From an uncultured Candidatus Saccharibacteria bacterium (GTDB taxonomy: Bacteria; Patescibacteriota; Andersenbacteria; UBA10190), in assembly GCA_964359735.1 (NCBI GenBank), contig CAYHTZ010000004.1, forward strand, positions 409 to 64,408: 64,000 bases of DNA, written 5' to 3'. Under the pieces are notes generated by a model. That model did not search any database, was not told the origin of the DNA, and saw only the letters and a list, made by a program, of their open reading frames with translations. The position numbers and the translations under genes were made by a program. This document shows positions 30,100 through 40,404 of the stretch, one piece after another. Position 1 is the first letter of the stretch; every line of letters begins with the position of its first letter.

Positions 30100-30966
30100 A
30101 TGGCATTTTATTATATTGATAACGAGTTTGGCCTGCGCGCCCGCCTGCTGGCGGAGGCGAGCCGCAAGGCGGGGGTAGAGTTTGTTCAGGTTCGCCCCGA
30201 TGAGTTTGATAACACGCAGATTCCAAACCTTACTCGCTCGGATTTTCTGTACCGGGGCGTAGCGAAGCATGATTGTCCAACAGCAGTAATTGTAGAGCGA
30301 CTCTTGCTGAACGACAGTGTCACCACATTTTATAATTCTCCTGAGATCGGGCGGGGAACAAGACTAGGTTCGTTCGTTATTCACAGCAGCGCTGGTATAC
30401 CTATTCCTAAGACCGTGTGGTCACTCACGCGGGATACGTCTGTTCTGAAACGGTATGTGGACTACCTAGGTGGATTTCCTGTTGTTATCAAGGTTCTGAA
30501 TTCAAGCCGCGGGGCCGGCGTGATGCGCGCTGATTCCTGGCAGAGTTTAGTTTCCCTCAACGATTACTTGCTGCGCAGTGATCAGGTGTTTGTCCTGCGT
30601 GAATTTATCGATGTGGGCGTGCCGGCGCATTCGTGTCGAGCAGTGGTGTTGGGAGGCCAGGTAACAGTTGCCTACCGCATGCAGCAACCGGAAGGCGACG
30701 ATTTTCGCTCCAATGCGGGCAAGCGGCTGCGGCAGCGGACTCTTCTTACCTTAATCGAGCAAGAGCAAGCAACTATGATCCTGAGTGTCGAGTCACTGGG
30801 CTTGGAGCTAGGGGCGGTGGATTTCGCCTACACTGCAGAAGGTAGGCTTGTCGTATTCGAAGTAAATTTCCCTTTTGCTTTTGGGTCAGTTCTCACCAAG
30901 CTTCAGTACGACCTGCCTGGCGCGATGGTCGCGTACTTGCAGAAGAAAAGTTCGTGGCAGGCGTGA
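30100..30966 (+). CDS. RimK-family ATP-grasp peptide ligase
   Basis: GIPIPKT, GGFPVVIK, SRGAGV, EFI, DFRSN, AVD, FEVN. Confidence 0.88.
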   Translation: MAFYYIDNEFGLRARLLAEASRKAGVEFVQVRPDEFDNTQIPNLTRSDFLYRGVAKHDCPTAVIVERLLLNDSVTTFYNSPEIGRGTRLGSFVIHSSAGIPIPKTVWSLTRDTSVLKRYVDYLGGFPVVIKVLNSSRGAGVMRADSWQSLVSLNDYLLRSDQVFVLREFIDVGVPAHSCRAVVLGGQVTVAYRMQQPEGDDFRSNAGKRLRQRTLLTLIEQEQATMILSVESLGLELGAVDFAYTAEGRLVVFEVNFPFAFGSVLTKLQYDLPGAMVAYLQKKSSWQA

Positions 30967-30967
30967 T

Positions 30968-31522
30968 ATGAGCTACCCTTCGCCGCTAGCATTGCAGCTT
31001 CCCCTTGAACCGTACGAGGTGAGAGAGGGCTACTACAAATTCGGCACGCGCGTACGCAGCCGCGTGATACTTTCTGCGCGGCACTTGGGGGACGATTTAG
31101 TTGTGGCGGCGGTAACCCTGGTGCTAGCATTTGGCGAGGGCTTGTTAGTTTGGGCTGGGGTGCGGGCGGGGAGCAAAGAGACACGTAATTGGGGAGGGCT
31201 CGTGGTCTTGGCTCACCAACGTAAAGATTTTGAAAAAGGACGCGACATCCCGGAGACATTTTATTCCGTATATGGGCATATGAAGGATTTGACGGTGAAG
31301 GTGAAAGACACGGCAGCCGCAGGGCAACAGCTCGGAGTGGTAGCGCCAGGGGAGACGCCCGAAAACGGCTGGTGGAAGATTGCTCATTTACATTTTGCCA
31401 TTTATGTGGGGGCATGGACGGGAGAAATTTTGCCGGGGTATAAGCGGCCGTTTGACGGGCGGACAAAAATGAAGTGGTGGCGGGATCCGAAACCATTCAT
31501 CGAGGAATACAATAAAGGCTAG
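30968..31522 (+). CDS. M23 family metallopeptidase
   Basis: HLGDD, YSVYGHM, HLHFAI; no signal peptide seen. Confidence 0.8.
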   Translation: MSYPSPLALQLPLEPYEVREGYYKFGTRVRSRVILSARHLGDDLVVAAVTLVLAFGEGLLVWAGVRAGSKETRNWGGLVVLAHQRKDFEKGRDIPETFYSVYGHMKDLTVKVKDTAAAGQQLGVVAPGETPENGWWKIAHLHFAIYVGAWTGEILPGYKRPFDGRTKMKWWRDPKPFIEEYNKG

Positions 31523-31550
31523 AAGCTACGAGCTAAAAGCTATAAGCTAG
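31516..31550 (+). repeat. five tandem degenerate 7-mers (RRGCTAN)
   Basis: AGGCTAG AAGCTAC GAGCTAA AAGCTAT AAGCTAG upstream of dnaG. Confidence 0.8.
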
Positions 31551-31555
31551 TTTGT

Positions 31556-33337
31556 ATGGCTGGTGAAACAGACCTTGTTAAAGAGCGCCTCGATTTGGCC
31601 GATGTGATCGGCGAGTACGTGCCCTTAAAACGCACGGGTGCACACTTTAAGGGCTTGTGCCCTTTTCACCAAGAGAAAACGCCGTCGTTTATCGTGAGCC
31701 CAGAGAAAGGAATTTGGCATTGTTTTGGGTGCGGTAAAGGCGGGGATGTATTTGTTTTTATTCAGGAGATAGAAGGAGTAGCTTTTCCGGAAGCCTTGAA
31801 GCAATTGGCAGAGCGTGCCGGAGTGCCCATTCGACGCACTTCGTTTGCTCAGGGCAAAGAGTCTCAGAGCAAAAAACAGAGACTCTTTGAAGTGTTGGGT
31901 CTGGCGGCGAAGTTTTACCATGCGGTGCTGATGCAGCACGAAGCGGGCAGGCGCGCGCAGGCGTACTTAGCGGAACGGGGAGTACGGGAAGAAACGATGC
32001 GGGAGTTTGAACTGGGGTATGCACCGATGCGCTGGGATACGGTGCAGAAGTTTTTGCAGAAGAAAGGGTTCTCTGTAGAAGAGATGATACAAGCCGGGCT
32101 GGTGGGAGCAGGGCAGGGGGGAAAATTCTACGACCGGTTTCGAGGACGGATTATGTTTCCCGTCACCGACGTGCAAGGCAGAATCGTTGCCTTTGGGGGG
32201 CGCATTGTGCCTTGGCACGCTACTGGAGAGGAAGGCAAGTACATTAATTCGCCCGAGACGGCTTTGTATGAAAAACGCAAGACAGTCTATAACCTATCGC
32301 GCGCGAAAGCAGTGCTCCGGGGCGGGGGAGCTGGCATTGTGGTAGAGGGATATATGGATGTGGTGATGCTGGCTCAGGGGGGAGTGAAGAATGTGGTGGC
32401 GACGAGCGGGACAGCGTTTACGACAGAACATATACAGCAGCTCGGCCGGTACACGAAGACATTGCATTTTGCCTTTGATGCGGATGCAGCGGGGAGCGCT
32501 GCCACCGTGGGGGCCACCGAATCAGCGCTCGATGCCGGGATGCGAGTGGCCACGCTGGTGCTGCCCGCTGGCGAAGACCCGGCGGACATAGCAGCGAAGC
32601 GCCCCCAGCAAGTTCAGGAGATATTTTCTAAGCCGAGATCGCTCATCTCAGTGTTACTGGAGCGTATGGATAGCGAGGAGGATGGGCGTCTCGCGGAGGA
32701 ACATGTCGAAACTTTGCTGCCGCTGCTGACGCGAGTGCATAATGTGGTGCTCAAGGGAGAGATGGTGCGAGAGATAGCCGAGCGGTTGACAATTCCTGAA
32801 AGTGATGTGGTGCGCAGACTATCACAACCCTCGCGCCGCATTCAACCTATCCATACAGTAGGGCAAGAGGTGCAGTATCAAGGGGACCCTCTTAGCAACG
32901 CGGAGCGAGTATTGCTTGGAATTATGGTCATCAGTCCATCGGCCCGAGAAATGCTTTGGGGAAATCTCCGCGGGGAACTCTTCGTTGACGGCCGTTTGCG
33001 GGAGCTGTATAACACAATGCATAATCTGGCACAAAAGGACATGAACTGGGCGCGCGCGGGAGAGGAGGAGCTGGTTGCTGCTTTGACAAGCCAGCAGCAG
33101 CCTTTGGTGCAGGCTGTATCAGTATTGGCTCATGAAGCTCTGGATAGGTCGGGAGCCGGCGCCGCGGCTGAGGCACAGGTGCTCACGCGAGCGCTGCAGC
33201 GGCGCTACCTTTCCGGGCACCTCAAAGAAATTCAGACCAAGCTGGTGACGGCGCCGGAGGCGGAAAAGCAAGGCATTCTGAAACAATTTCAAGGGGTCGC
33301 GGAAGAACTTTCGGCAGTGACGTCTCAGGAGGGTTAA
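31556..33337 (+). CDS. dnaG: DNA primase
   Basis: [37 protein letters not shown]. Confidence 0.97.
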   Translation: MAGETDLVKERLDLADVIGEYVPLKRTGAHFKGLCPFHQEKTPSFIVSPEKGIWHCFGCGKGGDVFVFIQEIEGVAFPEALKQLAERAGVPIRRTSFAQGKESQSKKQRLFEVLGLAAKFYHAVLMQHEAGRRAQAYLAERGVREETMREFELGYAPMRWDTVQKFLQKKGFSVEEMIQAGLVGAGQGGKFYDRFRGRIMFPVTDVQGRIVAFGGRIVPWHATGEEGKYINSPETALYEKRKTVYNLSRAKAVLRGGGAGIVVEGYMDVVMLAQGGVKNVVATSGTAFTTEHIQQLGRYTKTLHFAFDADAAGSAATVGATESALDAGMRVATLVLPAGEDPADIAAKRPQQVQEIFSKPRSLISVLLERMDSEEDGRLAEEHVETLLPLLTRVHNVVLKGEMVREIAERLTIPESDVVRRLSQPSRRIQPIHTVGQEVQYQGDPLSNAERVLLGIMVISPSAREMLWGNLRGELFVDGRLRELYNTMHNLAQKDMNWARAGEEELVAALTSQQQPLVQAVSVLAHEALDRSGAGAAAEAQVLTRALQRRYLSGHLKEIQTKLVTAPEAEKQGILKQFQGVAEELSAVTSQEG

Positions 33338-33341
33338 CTAT

Positions 33342-34580
33342 ATGGCACACTCGCGTTCCCGTGTTCGTCATCGTAAGGCCGTTAAGCGCTCGCGGCCAGC
33401 TGCCCGCAAAGGCGGGCGCTCGGCTAGCCGCTCGCGGGGCGGGCGGGGAGGCAGGCGGGCAAAGATCGACCCCCAGATGGTTTTGACTTCGGAGCTGGTG
33501 ATTGCGCTCTTGCGCAAGGGGCTCCAGGCAGGGTTTGTCACTGAGGAAGAAATTTTGTATGCGTTGCCCAATGTTGAAGAGAACTTGGACGCGCTGGAAT
33601 CCATGTATAACGAGTTGGAGAACCAAGGCATACGCATCACTGCGGCGCAGGATAGCCTTATTTCTTACGACATGCCGGATAAGCTGCCCACTAAACGGGC
33701 AGCGCGCCGCGAGAAAGACAGACCGCTCGATAATGTGATTGATGTCAGTAATATTTCGGATGATTCGGTGCAAATGTATTTACGCGAGATTGGGAAAGTG
33801 GCGCTCTTAACCGCGGATGAGGAAGTGGAGCTGGCGAAGCGTATTGAGCAAGGCGATAACGAAGCGCGCAAGCGCCTGGCGGAAGCGAACTTGCGCTTGG
33901 TAGTATCCATTGCCAAGAAATACACCGGGCGCAAGAATTTGTCGCTGCTGGATTTAATTCAGGAAGGCAACTTGGGACTCTTCCGTGCCGTGGAAAAGTT
34001 CGATTACCGCAAAGGCTATAAGTTTTCTACGTACGGCACGTGGTGGATCCGCCAAGCAATCACGCGGGCCTTGGCTGACCAATCCCGCACTATCCGCATC
34101 CCCGTGCACATGGTGGAGACGATTAATAAGTTTACGCAGGTACAGCGGCGCTTACTGCAGGACTTAGGGCGAGACCCCCTGCCAGAGGAGATCGCGTCCG
34201 AGATGGAACTGCCGGTAGAGAAGATTCGGCACATTATGAAAATTTCCCAGGAGACCGTGTCCATTGACGCCTCAGTAGGAGATGATGAAGAGGATTCCAC
34301 GCTGAAAGATTTCATTGAAGATGAGGAAACCATTACGCCGGGGCAGGCGGCCGCGCGGCAGATTTTGCAAGAACATGTGCGGGAAATTTTGGCGGACCTC
34401 ACCCCGCGGGAGCAGAAGATTTTGGAAATGCGGTTCGGGCTGACCGACGGGCTCAATCACACGCTGGAAGAAGTCGGCCGGGAATTCGAAGTTACCCGTG
34501 AGCGTATTCGGCAGATCGAGGCCAAGGCGCTGGAAAAAATCCGCGAACACATGAAACTCAAGAAACTCCGTGATTATTAA
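33342..34580 (+). CDS. rpoD: RNA polymerase primary sigma factor with basic N-terminal tail
   Basis: [47 protein letters not shown]. Confidence 0.97.
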   Translation: MAHSRSRVRHRKAVKRSRPAARKGGRSASRSRGGRGGRRAKIDPQMVLTSELVIALLRKGLQAGFVTEEEILYALPNVEENLDALESMYNELENQGIRITAAQDSLISYDMPDKLPTKRAARREKDRPLDNVIDVSNISDDSVQMYLREIGKVALLTADEEVELAKRIEQGDNEARKRLAEANLRLVVSIAKKYTGRKNLSLLDLIQEGNLGLFRAVEKFDYRKGYKFSTYGTWWIRQAITRALADQSRTIRIPVHMVETINKFTQVQRRLLQDLGRDPLPEEIASEMELPVEKIRHIMKISQETVSIDASVGDDEEDSTLKDFIEDEETITPGQAAARQILQEHVREILADLTPREQKILEMRFGLTDGLNHTLEEVGREFEVTRERIRQIEAKALEKIREHMKLKKLRDY

Positions 34581-34595
34581 TGCAGCCGGGGGGTT

Positions 34596-35282
34596 ATGAG
34601 ATACGTGGGAATTATTTCGGTAGTGGTAATTGTGGTGGTGTTGGGGGCAATTGCGTATATACTTCTTCCATATGGAGACGTGGCTCAGCATCGTCTATCC
34701 TCGCCAGCGCCAACTGACAACACGCTGCCTTTTCCACCGGGAGCACAACTAGAGATGGCTGATATTGACCCCATAGACACCGACGTCGCTGTTACCTTGA
34801 AGACTACCCAGGGCGATATTCAGCTACTCCTTCACGGGACAGACGCGCCTATCACGGTGGGGAATTTCGTTAAGCTGGCCGAGGAAGATTTCTACGACAG
34901 CACTGTGTTTCACCGCGTGATTCCTGACTTTATGATTCAAGGAGGCGACCCAGAGGGCAACGGTACCGGCGGGCCGGGGTATGAATTTGGAGATGAGATC
35001 AACTCACGCAAGATTGTGCGCGGGTCGGTGGCGATGGCAAATTCCGGGCCCAGCACGAATGGGAGCCAGTTCTTCATTGTGACGGCTGCGACCACGCTGC
35101 ATTTAGATGGCCGGCATACGAATTTTGGTGAGGTGACATCGGGGATGGATATTGTGGATGCCATTTCGAAATTACCAACGGGTGCGAACGATAAACCATT
35201 AGAATCAGTGACGATTACCGACGTAGTCGTTCACAATGTGTCAAAAGTCACTCCCGAAGCCGCTGCGCTGAAGATTGAATAG
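34596..35282 (+). CDS. membrane-anchored cyclophilin-type peptidylprolyl isomerase
   Basis: FHRVIPDFMIQGGDP, AMANSG..TNGSQFFI; N-terminal TM. Confidence 0.95.
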   Translation: MRYVGIISVVVIVVVLGAIAYILLPYGDVAQHRLSSPAPTDNTLPFPPGAQLEMADIDPIDTDVAVTLKTTQGDIQLLLHGTDAPITVGNFVKLAEEDFYDSTVFHRVIPDFMIQGGDPEGNGTGGPGYEFGDEINSRKIVRGSVAMANSGPSTNGSQFFIVTAATTLHLDGRHTNFGEVTSGMDIVDAISKLPTGANDKPLESVTITDVVVHNVSKVTPEAAALKIE

Positions 35283-35300
35283 CCTTTCGGTGTTGTTATT

Positions 35301-35555
35301 TTACCGATGAATGCAGCCGACCCAGCAACAAGGTCTGCGCATTCCGCCTTTAAGCTTTGAGAGTGCCTTCTCGATACGGATACCCCTCGTCTCAGCTTTT
35401 TTGCCAGATATAACCCAGCAGATCCACTCATTGCGCGCCAGCGGCGTAAGGCTCTCCCAAGCTGCTAGTGCTTTTGGGTCAGAAGTTAAAGCCTCTCGCA
35501 AATCCGCTGGCAGCCTGTGTACCGTACCCGTGGCGATTTCTTTTTTGGCCATCAA
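35301..35555 (-). CDS. YdeI/OmpD-associated family protein (short)
   Basis: LPADLREAL, LTPLARNEWICWV..K.ETR..RI, RPCCW. Confidence 0.8.
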   Translation of the reverse strand: MMAKKEIATGTVHRLPADLREALTSDPKALAAWESLTPLARNEWICWVISGKKAETRGIRIEKALSKLKGGMRRPCCWVGCIHR

Positions 35556-35651
35556 TTTATTTTACACTTTTGCTCCCGGGGCAGGACGACTACCGAACCA
35601 AAGTAATGTCATACAAAAAGCATATCTGGAGGTCGGATCATGGTAGACTAC

Positions 35652-36569
35652 TCACCTAGGGAGATTCCGGAAGTTAATCCGTCGGAGAAGGAAAGGATCG
35701 ACGCCTGGAATATTCTCTCCTGGATCAGTTGTCGACGCGCTCAGGAAACCTACTTGCTCGACAAGGTCACGAATTTCCCGGGTGACATGACCGTAGGGGT
35801 ACGCGAAGTGGAAGGGTTCCATGTCGAGATTTTCGGCAAGGTCTCGACGGCCGCCTTCAACCTCCTCGCGTATTACCTCTGGGGACTTGATTTGTGGAAG
35901 ACTGGGGTGGGTTCGCGTATGCGAGCCAATGGTGAATCCCACTCGCGCAAGTTCCTTGATCTCTACCCAGCGTAGGTAGCGAAAGCGAGGGTCGGTGGCC
36001 GCGTAGTGTTCAATATCTCTTATGCTAACCCCCAGCTGTCTATGGAGCTTCTCCCGCTGTTCTCGCTCGAGAGCGCGAGGCAGGAGACGGAGGGCTGCCT
36101 TCGCTCTCTTCATTGCAATTGCTCGCTCCTTCGTCGTGCGGCAGGAGAGTATGCCAGCGCCACAATCAGAGAGGTCTACCGCGGACGCCCGCGTTAGACG
36201 GAAAGCGATCTCTGTCGCGTTGAAGTGCGTCGTCGGTCCTTCGACCATACCGCTCATGACGTAGAGCGTGGCTGGAATGGCGAGCTCGCGGATGATCGGG
36301 AGAGCACATGTGAGGACACCCGAAAATCCGTCGTCGAACGTGACGGCGCATGCGCGGGGAATTCGGATGCCGGCTTTCAGGGCGGTGACGATCGCCTGGA
36401 TGGAAATGACCTCCCAGTGTCGTCGGAGATATTTCATCTGCCGTCGGAACTCCGCTGCAGTCGTACGGCCCCCGTCGATTTGGTCAAAGGGATCCAGCGT
36501 CTTATTCACGAGGACGTCGTGGTATATGAGAATAGTCATTGCAGGAGAATTCTGTAGCAGTCCTTCCAC
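35652..36569 (-). CDS. polysaccharide deacetylase family protein
   Basis: ILIYH, VTFDDG, GSHTRTHP, FAYPYG; start uncertain. Confidence 0.9.
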   Translation of the reverse strand: MEGLLQNSPAMTILIYHDVLVNKTLDPFDQIDGGRTTAAEFRRQMKYLRRHWEVISIQAIVTALKAGIRIPRACAVTFDDGFSGVLTCALPIIRELAIPATLYVMSGMVEGPTTHFNATEIAFRLTRASAVDLSDCGAGILSCRTTKERAIAMKRAKAALRLLPRALEREQREKLHRQLGVSIRDIEHYAATDPRFRYLRWVEIKELARVGFTIGSHTRTHPSLPQIKSPEVIREEVEGGRRDLAENLDMEPFHFAYPYGHVTREIRDLVEQVGFLSASTTDPGENIPGVDPFLLRRINFRNLPR

Positions 36570-37690
36570 TGCGCATACTCGCGCTCATGGGTAAACTCGC
36601 GCGCGATACGGTCCTGTGCGCGGTGCGCGCATTCGCTCGCGAGGGACTGATGTTGGAGCACATACTGTACCTTCTCAACGATAGCGTTGGGGTGCGGATC
36701 AGAGAGCAGGAAGCCATCCACGCCGTCGGTGATCATGTCCCGGATACCGCCGACTGCCGCCGCGATCACCGGAACGCCACTGGCTAATCCTTCGAGAACC
36801 TTGTTCGGGGAACCGTCGGCGACCGAGGGGAAGACAAGGACGTCGCAGGAGCGGAGATACCCCATAACGCTCTCGTGTGGCACCCAGCCGGTAATGACGA
36901 TATGGTCTCTGCAGGCCAGCGACGACAGTCGCTTTTGGAAGTAGAGAGCTTCCTGTTTCCAGAACTCTCCGACAAGGAGGAGAGTCTGAACCTCTGGGTA
37001 CAGCTGTTCGAAAGCAGTGAGCAACTGGTCGGTGCCGGCAACGCGCCAGAGGTTCGCGCACATGCCCAGGATTGGGTGCGGACGTGATGGGAGCGCGACC
37101 GGCAGTTTGGAGAATTCACTCCAGTCGAAGCTATTGGGGATGGCAAACGTTGGACACCGGATTGCAAAGAGGCTTGCGCCCAGACGTCGCGCCTCTTCAT
37201 TATTGAACGTGCAGATCTTGGCGCCCTCCGCCGCGAGGCGGTTGGCGGCCAGTTCGTCGGCAAACGTTTCCAGCGTAAAGTCCGTGCCGCGGAAGGATAG
37301 CATGTATGGGATTCCCGTTGTCTCCGCAGCGTATCGAACAACGAGGCCGACCTTCCCGTGTGCGCCAAAGCAATGGAGTGCCGAGATGTCATGCTCATGA
37401 ATCAAGCGGATAAGGAGCTGCGCACGCATGTAGAGCTCCAACCGGTTCGTGTGTTCGGTAGCAAGATCGGTGGTAAAGACATGGGTACAGTCAATTTCAT
37501 CGCCAACATGGTCAATGCGCCCGGCCCAGTCTTCCGCTCGGTCCGACCTATGGAAGAGGATCGTCTGAACGTTGTATTCCTTACTGATAATGATGCTGTG
37601 TCGGCGCGCAGAAAGCACCTTACCGCTGATTGCGCCATCGTCACGCGTGACTACGGCGATGCGGGGACGTTTGTCCGTAGTCTGTCCCAT
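36536..37690 (-). CDS. glycosyltransferase family 4
   Basis: DVLVFPS..DGSPNKVLEGLASGVPVI...VGG. Confidence 0.9.
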   Translation of the reverse strand: MGQTTDKRPRIAVVTRDDGAISGKVLSARRHSIIISKEYNVQTILFHRSDRAEDWAGRIDHVGDEIDCTHVFTTDLATEHTNRLELYMRAQLLIRLIHEHDISALHCFGAHGKVGLVVRYAAETTGIPYMLSFRGTDFTLETFADELAANRLAAEGAKICTFNNEEARRLGASLFAIRCPTFAIPNSFDWSEFSKLPVALPSRPHPILGMCANLWRVAGTDQLLTAFEQLYPEVQTLLLVGEFWKQEALYFQKRLSSLACRDHIVITGWVPHESVMGYLRSCDVLVFPSVADGSPNKVLEGLASGVPVIAAAVGGIRDMITDGVDGFLLSDPHPNAIVEKVQYVLQHQSLASECAHRAQDRIAREFTHEREYAQWKDCYRILLQ

Positions 37691-37852
37691 GCGAAAAAGG
37701 TAGCACGCTTAGTCACCATATAGAACAAGTACATTGAGAAGTGGATGCCCGTAGTGCCCTGTCCCAATGCGCACAATACATTCCGTTTGTCTATTCTCTA
37801 TATATCCTAGTACACTAATAAATTGTGGTTCCGATGAAATAACTCGGTTCCT

Positions 37853-38599
37853 ATGAGTTCCTCAGCTCAAGGTCTGCTCTATTGCGTTTCCGGCTATGAC
37901 GATTACCTCCTCGAATGTATCGGCTCTATTCAATCTGCGCGGGAGTATTGCCCGCATTTAGCCATCTGTGTAGTTTCCGATCTGGAGGAAGGAACCGATA
38001 CGTTAAAGCGCTATGCGGATGAGTTAATCTTGATGGAGCCTCCGGATGAGTGGTTCGTCCCTTGGGGAGCAGGATTGCTACAAAAAATCAAAGCGCTACA
38101 AAAGAGTCCCTTTGAGCGGACTTTATACCTCGATACGGATACCCGCATACTGAGCTCGGACGTAGAAAGGATATTTGAAAAATTGGAATATGCGGACATC
38201 GCCATGATTGAGGCAACTCCTTCGCAGAGCGTATCTCGGAAGCTGTATGGCCGCTTTATGTACAATACCGGCGTGGTCGCTTTTAGAAACACCCGGCCCG
38301 TTAAGGAGCTTTTGACTGCATGGGAAGTCCTCCATGTTAGGCATCTCCGGGCAATACGTGAGGGTAGGGAAGATTCATTCCCCTATGTCTCCCATCTGAC
38401 CTCGATACGCGATAAGCAGGACTTGCTTCAAAATGATCAGCTGGCCTTGGCCTTACTTTGCCCTCATGAGGGTAAAGGCGAAGTCAGGGTCGAGGTGCTT
38501 GCACCCTTATGGAATTGGCGTCCTAATGAGCTGCCCAAGCGAAGAGGCGTCTATATTCATCACGCCCGTATTTATAAGAAGAAACGCTGGGCAAAATAA
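37853..38599 (+). CDS. nucleotide-diphospho-sugar transferase (GT-A, GT8/GT77-like)
   Basis: SPFERTLYLDTDT, YNTGVV, NDQLAL, WN. Confidence 0.75.
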   Translation: MSSSAQGLLYCVSGYDDYLLECIGSIQSAREYCPHLAICVVSDLEEGTDTLKRYADELILMEPPDEWFVPWGAGLLQKIKALQKSPFERTLYLDTDTRILSSDVERIFEKLEYADIAMIEATPSQSVSRKLYGRFMYNTGVVAFRNTRPVKELLTAWEVLHVRHLRAIREGREDSFPYVSHLTSIRDKQDLLQNDQLALALLCPHEGKGEVRVEVLAPLWNWRPNELPKRRGVYIHHARIYKKKRWAK

Positions 38600-38649
38600 C
38601 CGGTTCCCTGCCTGAACGAACGTAATACATGGGCGAAGTCATCTGATTG

Positions 38650-38721
38650 CTCCCGGGGTCGGATTCGAACCGACGACCATCACCTTAACAGGGTGTTGCT
38701 CTGCCGCTGAGCTACCCGGGA
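38650..38721 (-). tRNA. tRNA-Asn(GTT)
   Basis: TCCCGGG/CCCGGGA acceptor, CACC-CTGTTAA-GGTG, GTCGG-TTCGAAT-CCGAC. Confidence 0.95.
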
Positions 38722-38727
38722 ATAAGT

Positions 38728-38752
38728 AAAAACGCAGGCAATCTGCGTTTTT
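38728..38752. terminator. terminator-like hairpin
   Basis: AAAAACGCAG-gcaat-CTGCGTTTTT. Confidence 0.6.
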
Positions 38753-38786
38753 GCATTGTGGCCAAAATGTGGCCTAATTGCAAGGA

Positions 38787-39470
38787 TCAGGAATTGCAAT
38801 ACTGGCTTTGCGTGCCTTCTTTGCCGGCGGGCAGGGAGCGCAAGTAGGTAGCGTCGCTCCCTGGTAAATAATCGAAGAAGCAGAGGCCACTTTTGCTATC
38901 GGGATCTGCGCTGTACAAGCCGAAGTCGACGAAGACATTTGAGGCGGAGATGCCGACGGAGTGGGAAATTTCTTCTCCTGCTTTTACTTCAACTACGTCA
39001 GTAATATTCGTGGTGCGGCTGTCATTCGGTTTGGCAGGCGGTAAGTTTTTAAGAGCCTCAGCGAGCTTGGGCGAAAGGGTGCGCAGGTGATCAAAGCGGA
39101 AACTTAAACCACATGGAGAAGAGAAAAAGAGTAGGTATTGCTCTTCACCTTGTTCCAAATACCGGCTGGCGTCGGTTAAGCGGGCGTCAAGGGGAGCGCG
39201 AACAGAAACGTCTTCTGGCCGGCTAGCGTCAAAGCGAAATCCGCCATGAGCGCGGAAGCCATCACCGCGCACTTGCCCGGGCCAGAGCATGGCGGTGACA
39301 AGCGACGCGTCGACGGGAGTGGTGAGGGTGAGCGGGCTGGGGCAGTTGGCGCTAGCGCTTGGGGCGCTGGTTGTTGGCTGACTCTTTTGTCTTACAGCAA
39401 CAAGAAAGCCAGTGCCGCCCACGGCTGCAATTCCAACAAGGATAGCGGCGAGAATTCCCCGGTTGATCAT
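38787..39470 (-). CDS. membrane-anchored protein, degenerate M23-like fold
   Basis: N-terminal TM; HGG, VRAPLD, FDHL, VKAGEEI pattern but no HxH. Confidence 0.55.
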   Translation of the reverse strand: MINRGILAAILVGIAAVGGTGFLVAVRQKSQPTTSAPSASANCPSPLTLTTPVDASLVTAMLWPGQVRGDGFRAHGGFRFDASRPEDVSVRAPLDARLTDASRYLEQGEEQYLLFFSSPCGLSFRFDHLRTLSPKLAEALKNLPPAKPNDSRTTNITDVVEVKAGEEISHSVGISASNVFVDFGLYSADPDSKSGLCFFDYLPGSDATYLRSLPAGKEGTQSQYCNS

Positions 39471-40144
39471 TACAGTGTAGTTGCCCTGTCAAAAAACTCC
39501 CGCATTTGCGTGCCAAGTTTTCGTTTGCCATCGGGGCTGCTTAGGTGGCAGCCGTCCTTGGCCGTGTCTATCGGGGTCATGGGCCCTAAAACGGGACCGG
39601 GGAGAACATCACCATTGTTTGTATCTAACTGTTCTACCAACTCCTTGGCTTTTTCCAAGCCCCAAGTTCCCGTGATTTCGCAAACGCCGTCGGTATAGTC
39701 GGCCAGCGCGGAGACATAGATAGTCGTACCCGGGATTCGATTCCGAACTTGCGCGAGGATGGCTGCGGTGTGTTCATAGCTGGTTCCCCTTTCATTGTCG
39801 CGTATGCATAACTGCCACCAAATGGTTTTGGTGTTGGGGTATTGCGCGAGGAGTTCATCAAAAACATCCCAATATTTGTTTCCGGCATCTGCCTGCCTTG
39901 CCCAATCCAGCACGGCTCCGGAATCGTAGCGCTTGTCGTAGCTCCACATCTTGGTGCCGCCCAGGTAGTGGTAGCCCTCGACTGTTTCGCGGGTATTGGA
40001 ACAGCCAATGTAGCCGATGGAAACTTCGGCTGGCGGAGGTGTCGGCGAGCTTTCAAAAAACCTTTCAGCAATGTTTTTCCGAAAAAACAGGGCGCTGGCT
40101 AGCACAGCCAGCGCAATCAGGCTGAGAACGATTGCGCTTTTCAC
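39470..40144 (-). CDS. secreted SGNH-hydrolase-like protein
   Basis: signal anchor, YIGCSNT, DGCHL. Confidence 0.55.
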   Translation of the reverse strand: MKSAIVLSLIALAVLASALFFRKNIAERFFESSPTPPPAEVSIGYIGCSNTRETVEGYHYLGGTKMWSYDKRYDSGAVLDWARQADAGNKYWDVFDELLAQYPNTKTIWWQLCIRDNERGTSYEHTAAILAQVRNRIPGTTIYVSALADYTDGVCEITGTWGLEKAKELVEQLDTNNGDVLPGPVLGPMTPIDTAKDGCHLSSPDGKRKLGTQMREFFDRATTL

Positions 40145-40404
40145 AGGGAAATTATACCTTACGGATTTTAGGCATCACAACCCCTAATAATTGAAGAGTG
40201 AGAGGCGGGGGCAGGAATTACTAAAAGATTCCCCGAATGAGAATGGAGCGTTTTAGTGGTAAGGTTAATGTTAGCGAAAATTGAGGGAACTCTCCGAAAA
40301 ACACCAAAGGGACATTTTTCCGCTTTTTGGCGAAGTGAAGAGAGTGAATGCCGCTCCTAGGATGGCATTAGGGTATAATACGCTTTGGATAGAATGGCTA
40401 AGTT

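Larger units (their letters stand above)
35570..38658. mobile_element. small genomic island at tRNA-Asn flanked by 12-bp direct repeats
   Basis: TTGCTCCCGGGG at 35570-35581 and 38647-38658 (tRNA 3' end); no integrase inside. Confidence 0.7.

Noticed and set aside
31090-31170. Unusually hydrophobic stretch in the M23 gene and the odd ETNDIYN motif in UvrC
   Set aside because: Could be clustered consensus errors or drift; needs read data before interpretation.
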